From an uncultured Actinomycetota bacterium (GTDB taxonomy: Bacteria; Actinomycetota; Actinomycetes; Mycobacteriales; Pseudonocardiaceae), in contig CAVQKH010000006.1 of the NCBI GenBank assembly GCA_963712995.1, positions 16,454-80,453 of the forward strand: a stretch of 64,000 nt of DNA, in the 5' to 3' direction. The notes under the pieces were generated by a model that worked only from the letters and a program-made list of their open reading frames with translations, ran no database searches and had not been told where the DNA came from. Of the stretch, positions 13,190-22,591 are shown piece by piece. The translations under genes and the position numbers were made by a program. The stretch's first letter is position 1; each line of letters begins with the position of its first letter.

Positions 13190-13278
13190 GCGATCTTTGG
13201 TCGGCCCGCCGACGCGATCTTTGGTCGGCCCGCCGACGCGATCTTTGGTCGGCCCGCCGACGCGATCTTTGGTCGGCG
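13190..13278. repeat. 24-bp tandem repeat, about 3.7 copies, in the cbs-metB intergenic region
   Basis: GCGATCTTTGGTCGGCCCGCCGAC repeated head to tail at 13190, 13214, 13238 and partially at 13262; each unit contains the palindrome GTCGGC-CC-GCCGAC. Confidence 0.95.
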
Positions 13279-13302
13279 CTAGCGGATCCACCCGGCCTGT
13301 CG

Positions 13303-14673
13303 TTACCGCCCAGCCAGGAACCCCAGCACGTCCTGGCGAGTGACCACCCCCGCAGGCTTGCCGTCGATCAAGACCATGGCGCCGTCGGCGTTGGCCAAGG
13401 ACCGCATGAGCGAGCCGACTGACTCACCCCCGCCGATCGTCGGCAGCGGCGCCGCCATGTGCGCCTCGATGCAGTCTGCAAGTTGCGCGTCGCCGGCGAA
13501 CAAGGCCTCCAGCAGGACGCGCTCGTTGACCGCGCCGATCACCTCGGCCGCCATGACCGGTGGCTCAGCCGAGACCACCGGCAACTGCGAGACCCCGAAC
13601 TCGCGCAGAATCATCACGGCGTCGGCGACCGTCTCATTGGGATGGGTATGCACCAACTTGGGCAAGGTGCCGTCCTTGCCGACCAGCACGTCGGCGACCG
13701 TTGCTCCCGAGGAGTCCGGAGGCAGAAAGCCATAGGTGGCCATCCACGCGTCGTTGAAGACCTTGCCCAGATAACCGCGCCCGCCGTCGGGCAGCAACAC
13801 GACGATCACCGATTCGGGTCCGGCCTGGCCGGCCAGCCGCAGCGCGCCCACCACCGCCATCCCGCACGACCCCCCCAGCAGCAACCCCTCCTCACGGGCC
13901 AGCCGCCGGGTCATCGCGAAGGAATCGGTATCCGAGACCGGAATGATGTCGTCGCAGACATTGCGGTCATAGGTGCGGGGCCAGAAATCCTCCCCGACAC
14001 CCTCTACCAGGTAGGGCCGGCCGCTGCCGCCCGAATACACCGAACCCTCCGGATCGACGCCGATGATCTGCACCCGGCCCTCGCTCACCTCTTTGAGGTA
14101 GCGCCCAGTCCCGGAGATCGTCCCCCCGGTGCCGATACCGGCGACGAAGTGCGTGATCCGCCCCTGGGTCTGCGCCCACAACTCGGGACCGGTGCTGTGG
14201 TAGTGGCTGGCAGGGTTCTCCTTGTTGGAGTACTGATCGGGTTTCCACGCTCCGTCGATCTCCGCAGCGAGCCGGTCGGACACCGAGTAGTACGAGTCGG
14301 GATGGTCGACCGCGACGGCGGTGGGGCACACCACGACCTCCGCACCGTAGGCCTTGAGCACGTCTCGCTTGTCTTCGCCGACCTTGTCGGGGCAGACGAA
14401 CAGGCACCGGTAACCCTTGCGTTGGGCGATCATCGCCAGTCCGATACCGGTGTTTCCCGACGTCGGCTCGACGATCGTGCCGCCCGGCCGCAGCTGACCG
14501 GATCGCTCCGCCGCTTCCACCATCCGCACCGCGATCCGATCCTTCACGCTGCCGCCGGGATTGAGATACTCCACCTTCGCCAGGATCAGCGGCGCGAGGT
14601 CTTTGGCTACTGCGTTCAGTCGCACCAGCGGGGTGTTGCCGACCAGATCGATGATGTGCTCGGCGTAGTGCAC
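13303..14673 (-). CDS. cbs: cystathionine beta-synthase (PLP domain plus tandem CBS domains)
   Basis: GNTPLVRL...NPGGSVKDR PLP motif and C-terminal CBS pair; start set at GTG 14673 (VHYAEHIIDL); the 610-aa ORF upstream extension is not coding-like. Confidence 0.9.
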   Translation of the reverse strand: MHYAEHIIDLVGNTPLVRLNAVAKDLAPLILAKVEYLNPGGSVKDRIAVRMVEAAERSGQLRPGGTIVEPTSGNTGIGLAMIAQRKGYRCLFVCPDKVGEDKRDVLKAYGAEVVVCPTAVAVDHPDSYYSVSDRLAAEIDGAWKPDQYSNKENPASHYHSTGPELWAQTQGRITHFVAGIGTGGTISGTGRYLKEVSEGRVQIIGVDPEGSVYSGGSGRPYLVEGVGEDFWPRTYDRNVCDDIIPVSDTDSFAMTRRLAREEGLLLGGSCGMAVVGALRLAGQAGPESVIVVLLPDGGRGYLGKVFNDAWMATYGFLPPDSSGATVADVLVGKDGTLPKLVHTHPNETVADAVMILREFGVSQLPVVSAEPPVMAAEVIGAVNERVLLEALFAGDAQLADCIEAHMAAPLPTIGGGESVGSLMRSLANADGAMVLIDGKPAGVVTRQDVLGFLAGR

Positions 14674-14824
14674 TGGGTCTCCTGGCGGGATGAGGGCTGA
14701 CTGTGCTTGTACACACAGCACGCGACTGAGCGTCAGACGTATTTCAGAGCTTCTGGCGTGTATCAGAGTATTAGGGGTATTAGGGGCACCCCGCACCGCG
14801 CGGCGTCGAGGAGGTCTTTCAGCG

Positions 14825-15703
14825 ATGCAACATCCGTTGAGAAGAACCGCCGTCGTGGTCGGCGCCACCGGTGCGACGGTTGGCGCCGCGTACGGGGTAC
14901 TCACCCAGCAGGGACGGCGGGCGCGCCGAAACATCAAGATCCCGGGCTGGGCCCCGTTCCGCGCGGACGGGGTGTACCTGCCCGACGGGACCGGCCCATC
15001 AACGGTTGCGTGCACTGAGCCGTCCTCGGGGGAGATGGTCCGCATCATGATGCTGGGTGATTCCCTGGCGGCCGGCCTCGGCGTGGATGGGCCCGAGCAG
15101 TTACCCGGGACCGTGCTGGCTCGCGGACTGGCCAAGGACGCCGATCGACCGGTTCAGCTGGACACCCTGGGTATCTGCGGCTGCACGAGCCGCCGGCTGG
15201 GCGGGCAGGTGGACACCGCTCTGATCGATCCTCCGCACCTGGCCATCATCCTGATCGGCGCCAATGACCTGACCCGGCGGGTTCCGCCGTGGGAGTCGGC
15301 CAGACTGCTCGGCGACGCGGTGTCCAGGTTGCGAGCCGCCGGCAGCGCTGTGATCGTCGGCACCTGCCCGGATCTCGGCACGATCCGGCCGATCCCGCAA
15401 CCACTGCGCACCATCGCGCACACCTCCAGCTTGACCCTGGCCCGTCTGCAGCGCGATGCGGTATGCCGGGCCGGCGGGCTGCCGGTGCCCCTGGCCCAGC
15501 TACTCGCCCACGACTTCCTCACCCAGCCCGACACCATGTTCAGCCGGGACCATTACCACCCTTCCTCGGCCGGCTACCGCGCCGCCTGCGCGGTACTGCT
15601 CCCGGCACTGTGCTCAGCCCTGCGGGATACGTGCTCTTCAAGTACCACCAACCGGAGCACCACGCATGCGGGCCCGGTCACCCATTGGGGACCGGGCCCG
15701 TGA
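14825..15703 (+). CDS. SGNH/GDSL-family hydrolase
   Basis: Block I MMLGDSLAAGLG, block III IGANDL, block V DHYHPS; start at ATG 14825. Confidence 0.85.
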   Translation: MQHPLRRTAVVVGATGATVGAAYGVLTQQGRRARRNIKIPGWAPFRADGVYLPDGTGPSTVACTEPSSGEMVRIMMLGDSLAAGLGVDGPEQLPGTVLARGLAKDADRPVQLDTLGICGCTSRRLGGQVDTALIDPPHLAIILIGANDLTRRVPPWESARLLGDAVSRLRAAGSAVIVGTCPDLGTIRPIPQPLRTIAHTSSLTLARLQRDAVCRAGGLPVPLAQLLAHDFLTQPDTMFSRDHYHPSSAGYRAACAVLLPALCSALRDTCSSSTTNRSTTHAGPVTHWGPGP

Positions 15704-15719
15704 CAAGCGTCAGGAGTAG

Positions 15720-16493
15720 CTACTCGCCGCCTTGGAAATAGGACAGCAGCCGCAGGATCTCCAGGTACAACCAGACCAGGGTCACGGTGAGACCGAAGGC
15801 GACATACCACGCAGTCTTCTCCGGTGCACCCGCGCGGATCGCCTGGTCGGCGGCGTCGAAATCGATGAGGAAGCTGAACGCGGCGATTCCGATACACACC
15901 AGGCTGAAGATGATAGCCAGCGGGCTGCCATCACGCAGGCCGATACCACCCTGAGTGAAAAAGCCGGCGATGAGATTGACGATCATCAGGCCGACGACAC
16001 CGATCAAGGCACCGGTCAGCCACTTGGTGAACCGGGGCGTGACCTTCACCGCACCGGTCTTGTACACCACCAGCATGCCGCCGAACACAATCAGGGTGCC
16101 GGCGATCGCCTGCAGCACGATGGAGCTGCTGCCCGCGAAAGCTGAGCCGATGACGCCGCTGATTCCGCCGAGAAAGACACCTTCGACAGCGGCGTAGGTG
16201 AGGATCAGCGGCGGGCTGATGACCTTCTTGAAAATGATCACCATGGCCAGCACGAAACCGATCAGCGCGGCCGGCAGAGCAAGTTGCCACAGTCCGCTGA
16301 AATAGGTGGCCGCGCCGGTGGCGACGAGTACCGCCAAGGTGATAGCGGTCTTGGTGACCACATCATCGACGGTCATCGGTCGGCTGGTGGTCGGCGGGGC
16401 GCCGCCATAACGTTCGGGGGCAGAGTTGAAACCCGCGTAGCCGCCGCCCCCTACGGGAAGATTGCGGAATGCGGGGTTGCTGGTGGAGCGCAC
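15720..16493 (-). CDS. Bax inhibitor-1/YccA family membrane protein
   Basis: About 7 hydrophobic helices after a Gly/Pro-rich N-terminus; typical actinobacterial BI-1 family layout. Confidence 0.8.
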   Translation of the reverse strand: MRSTSNPAFRNLPVGGGGYAGFNSAPERYGGAPPTTSRPMTVDDVVTKTAITLAVLVATGAATYFSGLWQLALPAALIGFVLAMVIIFKKVISPPLILTYAAVEGVFLGGISGVIGSAFAGSSSIVLQAIAGTLIVFGGMLVVYKTGAVKVTPRFTKWLTGALIGVVGLMIVNLIAGFFTQGGIGLRDGSPLAIIFSLVCIGIAAFSFLIDFDAADQAIRAGAPEKTAWYVAFGLTVTLVWLYLEILRLLSYFQGGE

Positions 16494-16682
16494 CGTGTTC
16501 CTCCTGGTGGGCGTGGCAGGCTGTCACCGGGTCCAACGCGCCTGCGGCGGATCCGGTTCCCGGGCCCGCTGAATCGGACTTTACCCCTCGTCCCGTGACA
16601 TGCCGGCAAGCGAGCGTGACAGCCGCGCGTTACTGTACGCAAGATAGACAGACCCGGACCCGGAACAGGGCGGAGGCGGGCA

Positions 16683-16820
16683 ATGAGCTGGTGGGGCTGG
16701 GTGATTCTCGCGCTGGTGGTCGTTGTGCTGCTGGCCGCTCTCACCATGGTCATCCAGCGTCGAAGGCGGCGCGGCGGGGTGATCGGGCTCGGTGACTCGG
16801 ACCGGAGCGCCCCACAGTGA
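16683..16820 (+). CDS. 45-aa single-pass membrane peptide (not in the ORF track)
   Basis: ATG 16683; MSWWGWVILALVVVVLLAALTMVIQRRRRRG...; its TGA overlaps the GTG start of the next gene (GTGA at 16817-16820). Confidence 0.45.
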   Translation: MSWWGWVILALVVVVLLAALTMVIQRRRRRGGVIGLGDSDRSAPQ

Positions 16821-17404
16821 CCACGCCGACTCCCGCGTTGCTGCTGCGAGCGAGTGAGCTGGTCGGCCGTCCGGTGGTCGCCCTCAGCGGAGACCTGGTC
16901 GCCGAGATCAAAGACATCGTCTTCGAACGCACCGGCGGTCGTATCGCGGGTTTCACGCTGCGTAATCCAGGGTTGCTCAGCCGCTCCCGCAAGGATGCGC
17001 TGCCCTGGGGCGGCGTGCACGGGGTGGGCCGCGACGCCGTGATGGTCTCCGCCGAGACCGAACTCATTGCCTCCAAGGAGCTCGCACCGCGCCGGAAGGC
17101 CCGCCACGCGGACGTGCTGGAGGATCGGGTGCTCACCGACAACGGCCGCGACCTCGGTCGGGTGGTGGACGTGGTGCTGCACGGCGGAACCAGCCTGGAG
17201 GTGGTGGGCTACGAGGTGGAGGCCAGCCAGGCCCTCGGCACGGCGGGTCGGCGGGTACTCATCCCCCTGCCCGATACCGTGGCGGTCTCCGGTGAGAACC
17301 TCATCGTCCCTGCGGCGGCTGCCGAGTTCGTCTCCGAGGATCTGGCCGGCTTCGGCGCGGCCGTGGACGCCTTCCGGGCCTGGTTGCGAGAGGGTGCTGG
17401 CTGA
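16817..17404 (+). CDS. PRC-barrel domain protein
   Basis: ASELVGRPVVALSGDLVAEIKDIVF and a second VLTDNGRDLGRVVDVVL segment, typical PRC-barrel repeats. Confidence 0.7.
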   Translation: MTTPTPALLLRASELVGRPVVALSGDLVAEIKDIVFERTGGRIAGFTLRNPGLLSRSRKDALPWGGVHGVGRDAVMVSAETELIASKELAPRRKARHADVLEDRVLTDNGRDLGRVVDVVLHGGTSLEVVGYEVEASQALGTAGRRVLIPLPDTVAVSGENLIVPAAAAEFVSEDLAGFGAAVDAFRAWLREGAG

Positions 17405-17838
17405 TGCTCTTCAGTCAGGTACGTAAACGCGATGTGGTCAACACTGCCACCGCGACCCGGGTTGCCAGAGTGGACGGCTTGGTCGTACTGCCCGGGCCTG
17501 CCAGGGTGGCGCTGCTGCGATTGGGCAAGGTCAGCGGTGCCGGCACCCTGGTTTCCTGGGGTGACCTGCAAGGCTTCGGGCCCGACGCCGTGACGGTGGC
17601 GACCGACGCCGTGATCCGGCCGGCCCGCGACGATCTGGAACGGCGGGCCGAGAACAACGACCTGGAGATCCTGGGGAAGCGGGTCCTCACTGAGCGAGGA
17701 ATGGAACTCGGCACGGTCACCGACGTGGACTTCGACCCGGAGACGGGTGTGGTCACCTCACTGGTCACCAAGACCGAGACCATCCCCGGACAACGGTTGA
17801 TCGGTCTGGGCAACTACGCGGTCGTCGTGTCGGATTAG
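17404..17838 (+). CDS. PRC-barrel domain protein
   Basis: ILGKRVLTERGMELGTVTDVDFDPETG PRC-like segment; start overlaps the previous stop (TGATG). Confidence 0.65.
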   Translation: MLFSQVRKRDVVNTATATRVARVDGLVVLPGPARVALLRLGKVSGAGTLVSWGDLQGFGPDAVTVATDAVIRPARDDLERRAENNDLEILGKRVLTERGMELGTVTDVDFDPETGVVTSLVTKTETIPGQRLIGLGNYAVVVSD

Positions 17839-18794
17839 CGCGCTGGTGGGAGGTTCTGGACGTGCTGGAACCCGAATCTCCCCTTGATGCAGAGGTGGCC
17901 GTGGGTGATGCTGTGATCCGACGGTGAGGTCACATTGACGATCTGCCCGTGCTGCACGTGCAATTCGAGGTTGCATCCCACGCCGCAGAACGAGCAGACC
18001 GTGGTGGTGACGGTCTCGGCGGCCGGGTCCCAGTGCCCCGATTCCCGCAGTTCGTGTTCACGGACCGACTTGAGTGCGCCCGTGGGACATACGCCGATGC
18101 AGTTCCCGCAGTAGACGCAGGCCGAAGCAGGCAATTCGACGTCGTACTCGGTGGCGATGCGCGCGTCGAAACCACGGCCTGCCGCGGCGATGGCGAAGCT
18201 GAATTGGGCGTCGGTGCCGCATGCTTTGACGCATTTGTAGCACATGATGCATCGGGAGTAGTCGCGCACGTAGAGATCGTTGTCGATCTTGATGGGTTGC
18301 GCGACGGTCTCCGCGGTGGAGCCATCCGGGGGATGGTGATGCCCGGCGTGGCGGCGGTCCCGCTCACCGGCTGCCGCCGGCGCGCCCGGCGGGCCGTAGC
18401 GCCCCGGGTCCACACCGTAGGCGGCTATCCACCGGTGCACATCAGCGTCGGCCTGTGACAGGTCGACCGATGAGGCGAGCAGTTCCAGCACCATTCGCCG
18501 GCTGTGCCGCACCCGCTCGGTGTTCGTGCGCACCTGCATGCCCTCCTCCACCTTGCGGGCACAGGACGGGACGAGCACTCGGGAACCTTCGACTTCCACG
18601 ACGCACACCCGGCACGCGTTGACCGGAGTGAGGTTGGGGGCCCAGCACAGCGTCGGGGTGTCAGCTTGATCGGTATCGCCGAGACAGTGCAGTGCTTCGA
18701 GGATCGTCGAGCCCTCGGGGACGCGGATCTCGCGGCCATCCAGGGTCATCGTCACCAGACGCCGGATCGCCCCGAGCATCACCGGGATACTCAT
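17835..18794 (-). CDS. formate dehydrogenase Fe-S module (2Fe-2S + 2x 4Fe-4S + MopB-type 4Fe-4S domain), equivalent to the N-terminal third of FdsA/NuoG
   Basis: Start ATG 18794 overlaps the upstream stop (ATGA). Motifs: TLCWAPNLTPVNACRVCVVEV (2Fe-2S), CIMCYKCVKAC and CVYCGNCIGVCP (4Fe-4S), CSFCGVGCNL...HLCIKGRFGF (molybdopterin-enzyme 4Fe-4S domain). Confidence 0.85.
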   Translation of the reverse strand: MSIPVMLGAIRRLVTMTLDGREIRVPEGSTILEALHCLGDTDQADTPTLCWAPNLTPVNACRVCVVEVEGSRVLVPSCARKVEEGMQVRTNTERVRHSRRMVLELLASSVDLSQADADVHRWIAAYGVDPGRYGPPGAPAAAGERDRRHAGHHHPPDGSTAETVAQPIKIDNDLYVRDYSRCIMCYKCVKACGTDAQFSFAIAAAGRGFDARIATEYDVELPASACVYCGNCIGVCPTGALKSVREHELRESGHWDPAAETVTTTVCSFCGVGCNLELHVQHGQIVNVTSPSDHSITHGHLCIKGRFGFQHVQNLPPAR

Positions 18795-20653
18795 GGGCGC
18801 ACCTTCGTGTTGGTCGAGCCGTTGCGAGACGGGTCCGGTGGCGCGGCCAGCAGGCCGAGGGCGATCGCGGACTGCACGGCGGCCGGCGCGGTGTGCCCCA
18901 GCCCGCAGATCGAGGCGTCCTGCATGACCCGGGCCAGGTCCGCCAGCAGAGCCAGCTCGGTCTCCCGGGACCCACGCGGCGCACCGCGGGTCAGCCGGGC
19001 CAGCGCCTCCTCCTGCCGGACTGTCCCGACCCGGCACGGGACGCACTGCCCGCAGGACTCGTCCCGGAAAAACGCCGCGATCCGGCGCAGCATCGCGGTG
19101 AGATCGGCCGTGGTATCGAGGACCAGGATCACGCCCGAACCCAGCGTCGCCCCGATCTCGCGGGCGCCTTCCAGGGTGAGCGGGGTGTCGAGCTGGTGGG
19201 GCAGGACAAACCCGCCGGCAGCGCCGCCGAGCAGGATCGCGCGCAGCTCACCGGTCACGCCGCCGGCCAGCGCGAGCAGCTCACGTAGCGTCGTCCCGAA
19301 CGGCACCTCGTACACCCCGGGCACCGCGATCGCGCCCGAGAGGCAGAACAGTTTGGTGCCGGTGCTGCGGCCGCCACCGACGCCGGAGAAACCGGGACCG
19401 CCGAGTTCCAGAACCTCGAGGACGTTGTAGAGCGTCTCGACGTTGTTGATCAATGTGGGTTTGCCGAACAGGCCCGAGACGCTGGGGAAAGGGGGTTTGT
19501 TGCGTGGTTCGCCGCGGTAGCCTTCGATCGAGTTCAGCAGTGCGGTCTCCTCACCGCAGATGTAGGCGCCCGCGCCCCGGCGTAGCTCGATGTCGAACGC
19601 GAAGCCCTCCCCCATCACGTCCACGCCGAGGTATCCCCGCCGGCGGGCGGCCTCGATCGCGACCTGCAGCCGCCGCGTGGCCAGCGGGTACTCGCCGCGG
19701 ATGTAGAGGTAGCCGAGCTCGCAGCCGGTCGCGTAGCCCGCGATCGTCATCGCCTCGATCAGCCCGAACGGGTCGAGTTCCATGAGGACCCGGTCCTTGA
19801 ACGTGCCGGGCTCGGACTCGTCGGCATTGCAGACCAGGTAGTGCGGTCGCTGCGGCGCGGTGGCGACGCCGTCCCACTTCACCCCGGTGGGGAACGCCGC
19901 CCCGCCGCGGCCGGTCAGCCCGGAGTCACGCACCTCGGTGATCACCCGGCTCGGGCCGAGCTCGATCGCCCGGCGCAGCGCGGCGTACCCGCCGTGCGCG
20001 CGGTAGTCGTCCAGGCTGGTCGGGTCGACCACACCGACCCGGCGCAGCAGCCGAGGCCCAGCGTGCCCGGTTTGCGGGACACTCACCCGAGCATCAGCGA
20101 ACGCCTGGTCCGCCGTCACGGCATCGATGCCGCCCCGCGCCGCGGCGAGCACCTGCAGCGGGGTGGCCGGTGCCTGGCTGAAATCGGGTTCCCCGGCGAG
20201 CTGGTGCAGCACGGCGGGGGCGCGCTCGCACAAGCCCAGGCACGGGCTGCGCACCCAGCAGGCGTCCTGTGGACCCAACTGCGCGGTCAAGGCGGAAGCG
20301 ATGGCCTCTCCCCCGGCCGGGCCGCACACGATGTCGTCGCAGACGTGGATCACCCGTGGCGCGCGCGGCTCGGTGGCGAACATCGCGTAGAACGTGGCGA
20401 CGCCGTAGATCTCGGCGGGCGGGACCGATAGCCGCCGCGCGATGTGGTTCAGGGCGCCCGCGCTGATCCAGCCCACCGCGTCGGACACCGCGTGCAACGC
20501 CGGCAGCAGCAGGTGCCGGCGACTGCGGGCGCCGTGCCCGGCGTCGGTGAAGTGCGCCTCGGGCACCGGGGCACCAAGCTCTCCGGACAGGGCGGCGTCC
20601 ACCGCGTCCCGCTCGGCCTCGGTGGGCACGGCGGCGGAGAGCCGCAGATCCAT
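18791..20653 (-). CDS. NAD-reducing diaphorase subunit, NuoE-like fused to NuoF-like (FdsG/FdsB-type)
   Basis: N-terminal thioredoxin-like 2Fe-2S region (VCDDIVC); GRGGAAFPTGVKW FMN site; YLVCNADESEPGTFKDR; ESCGQCVPCRVG 4Fe-4S. Confidence 0.9.
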   Translation of the reverse strand: MDLRLSAAVPTEAERDAVDAALSGELGAPVPEAHFTDAGHGARSRRHLLLPALHAVSDAVGWISAGALNHIARRLSVPPAEIYGVATFYAMFATEPRAPRVIHVCDDIVCGPAGGEAIASALTAQLGPQDACWVRSPCLGLCERAPAVLHQLAGEPDFSQAPATPLQVLAAARGGIDAVTADQAFADARVSVPQTGHAGPRLLRRVGVVDPTSLDDYRAHGGYAALRRAIELGPSRVITEVRDSGLTGRGGAAFPTGVKWDGVATAPQRPHYLVCNADESEPGTFKDRVLMELDPFGLIEAMTIAGYATGCELGYLYIRGEYPLATRRLQVAIEAARRRGYLGVDVMGEGFAFDIELRRGAGAYICGEETALLNSIEGYRGEPRNKPPFPSVSGLFGKPTLINNVETLYNVLEVLELGGPGFSGVGGGRSTGTKLFCLSGAIAVPGVYEVPFGTTLRELLALAGGVTGELRAILLGGAAGGFVLPHQLDTPLTLEGAREIGATLGSGVILVLDTTADLTAMLRRIAAFFRDESCGQCVPCRVGTVRQEEALARLTRGAPRGSRETELALLADLARVMQDASICGLGHTAPAAVQSAIALGLLAAPPDPSRNGSTNTKVRP

Positions 20654-20662
20654 GGACGCTCC

Positions 20663-22591
20663 TTACCCGCCGGCCGGCGCCGGCGTCACCTTCTCGATCC
20701 GGACTGCGGTGGCCTTGAACTCCGAGGTGCCCGATTTCGGGTCCCACGCGTCGTTGGTGATCAGGTTGGTGTCCACCTGCTCGGAGAAGTGTGGGGTGAA
20801 CGAGGCCAGCCCGGGCCGCAGTGACGGGTCGAAGGCCACCGGTGCCTCCACCGACCCGCGCCGCGAGCTCACCCGCACCCGCTCCCCCTCGGCGATGCCC
20901 AGCTCCGCGGCATCGGTCGCGTCCATCCGCAGTGCCTCCCGGCGGCGCATCGGCGAGGCGTACCCACCGGTCTGCACGCCGGAGTTGTAGGCGTCCAGCA
21001 GCCGGACGGTGGTCAGCCGGATCGGGAACTCCTCGGTCAGCTCATCGACCGGTGGCACGTGTTCCACCGGCACGAACGGCGCCGCCGGCCCCCGCAGTTC
21101 CGGGTCGGTCTCCCACAGCCGGGCGTGCATCAGCGGGGTGCCCGGGTGATCCTCGGAGGGGCAGGGCCACTGCAACCCGCCCAGCGTGTCCAGCCGCGGG
21201 TAGGACATGCCGTGGTGCCAGTTCAGGGACAGCGCGCGCAGCTCGTCCCACACCTGCTCGGCGCTGGGTCGGCCCCAGTCGTGGCCCAGCCGATCGGCGA
21301 GCGCGCACAGGATGTGGGTGTCCGGCCAGGCCTGGCCGGGTGGCTCGATCGCCTTGCGCACCCGCTGCACCCGCCGCTCGCTGTTGGTGACGGTGCCCTC
21401 GTACTCACACCAGTCGGCGGCGGCGGGCAGCACGACATCGGCCAACTCGGCGGTCGCGGTGCGGAAGATGTCCTGCACGACCAGGATGTCCAGGCCGTTC
21501 AGCAGGCGACGCGCGTGCGCGGCGTTGGCTTCCGACTCGGCGGGGTTCTCCCCGATGCAGTACAGCGCGCGCAGCTCACCGCGGTCCATCGCCTCGAACA
21601 TCTGCGACAGGTGCATCCCGGGTTTCGGGGAGATCGTGGTGCCCCAAGCCTGCTCGTAACGTGCCCGCGCCTCGGTGTCGCCGAGGTCGTAGCCACCAGG
21701 CAGCTTCGCCGGAATGGCACCCATGTCCCCGCCGCCCTGCACGTTGTTCTGCCCGCGCAACGGGCACAGGCCCGAGCCGAAGCGCCCGACATGCCCGGTC
21801 AGCAACGCCAGATTGATCAACGCGAAGACGTAGTCGGCGGCGTTGTGATGCTCGGTGATCCCCAGTGTCCAGCACAGCTGCGCCCGGTCGGCGCGGGCGT
21901 AGGCGTGTGCCAGCTTCTTGATCAGCTCAGCGGGGACCTTGGTGATCTCCTCGGCCCGCTGCAAGGTGTAGGGCTCGACGGTGCGCCGGTAGTCCGCGAA
22001 ACCAGTGGTCGCCCGGTCGATGAACCTCCGGTTCTCCAACCCGGCCGCGATGATCTCCCGGCCGACGGCGTTGGCCAGCGCGATGTCGGTGCCGACGTCC
22101 AGGCCCAGCCAGCCATCGGCCCACTGGGCGGTACTGGTCCGCCGGGGGTCCACCGAGTACATCCGGGCACCGCGTCTGAGCCCCTGCAGCACGTGGTGGA
22201 AGAAGATCGGGTGCGTCTCGCGCGCGTTGGAACCCCACAGCACGATGAGGTCGGCTTGCTCCGCCTCGAGGTAACTACTCGTGCCGCCACCGGCACCGAA
22301 GACCGTCGTCAGACCGACGACGCTGGGAGCGTGTCAAGTACGGTTGCAGCTGTCGACGTTGTTGCTCCCCATCACCGCCCGGGTGAACTTCTGCGCCGTG
22401 TAGTTCATCTCGTTGGTGGCCTTCGAGCAGCTGAACATGCCGAAGGCGTCCCCGCGGTGGCGGGCGAAGCCGGCCGCGGCGCGGCCCAGCGCCTCGTCCC
22501 AGCTCGCCGGTTGCAGCCGCCCGGCGTCGCGGACCAGAGGCTCGGTCAGGCGCACGTGCCGGACTTTCCGCATGCCGTTGCGTTTTCCCAT
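20663..22591 (-). CDS. fdhA: formate dehydrogenase catalytic (Mo/W-bisPGD) subunit with in-frame UGA read as selenocysteine
   Basis: Two same-frame ORFs (22334..22591 and 20663..22243) joined through TGA 22334-22336; [18 protein letters not shown] and [16 protein letters not shown] match FdhF/FdsA-type enzymes. Confidence 0.85.
22304..22322 (-). promoter_or_regulatory. SECIS-like recoding hairpin
   Basis: mRNA C-GUCGUC-GGUCU-GACGAC-G starts 11 nt after the UGA; its loop and spacing resemble the E. coli fdhF SECIS as remembered. Confidence 0.6.

Noticed and set aside
22334-22336. Interpreting the TGA in fdhA as a nonsense mutation (pseudogene)
   Set aside because: The stop is at the exact catalytic Sec/Cys position, both halves are otherwise intact and in frame, and a SECIS-like hairpin follows at canonical spacing. 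Recoding is the better explanation, though sel genes must still be confirmed.
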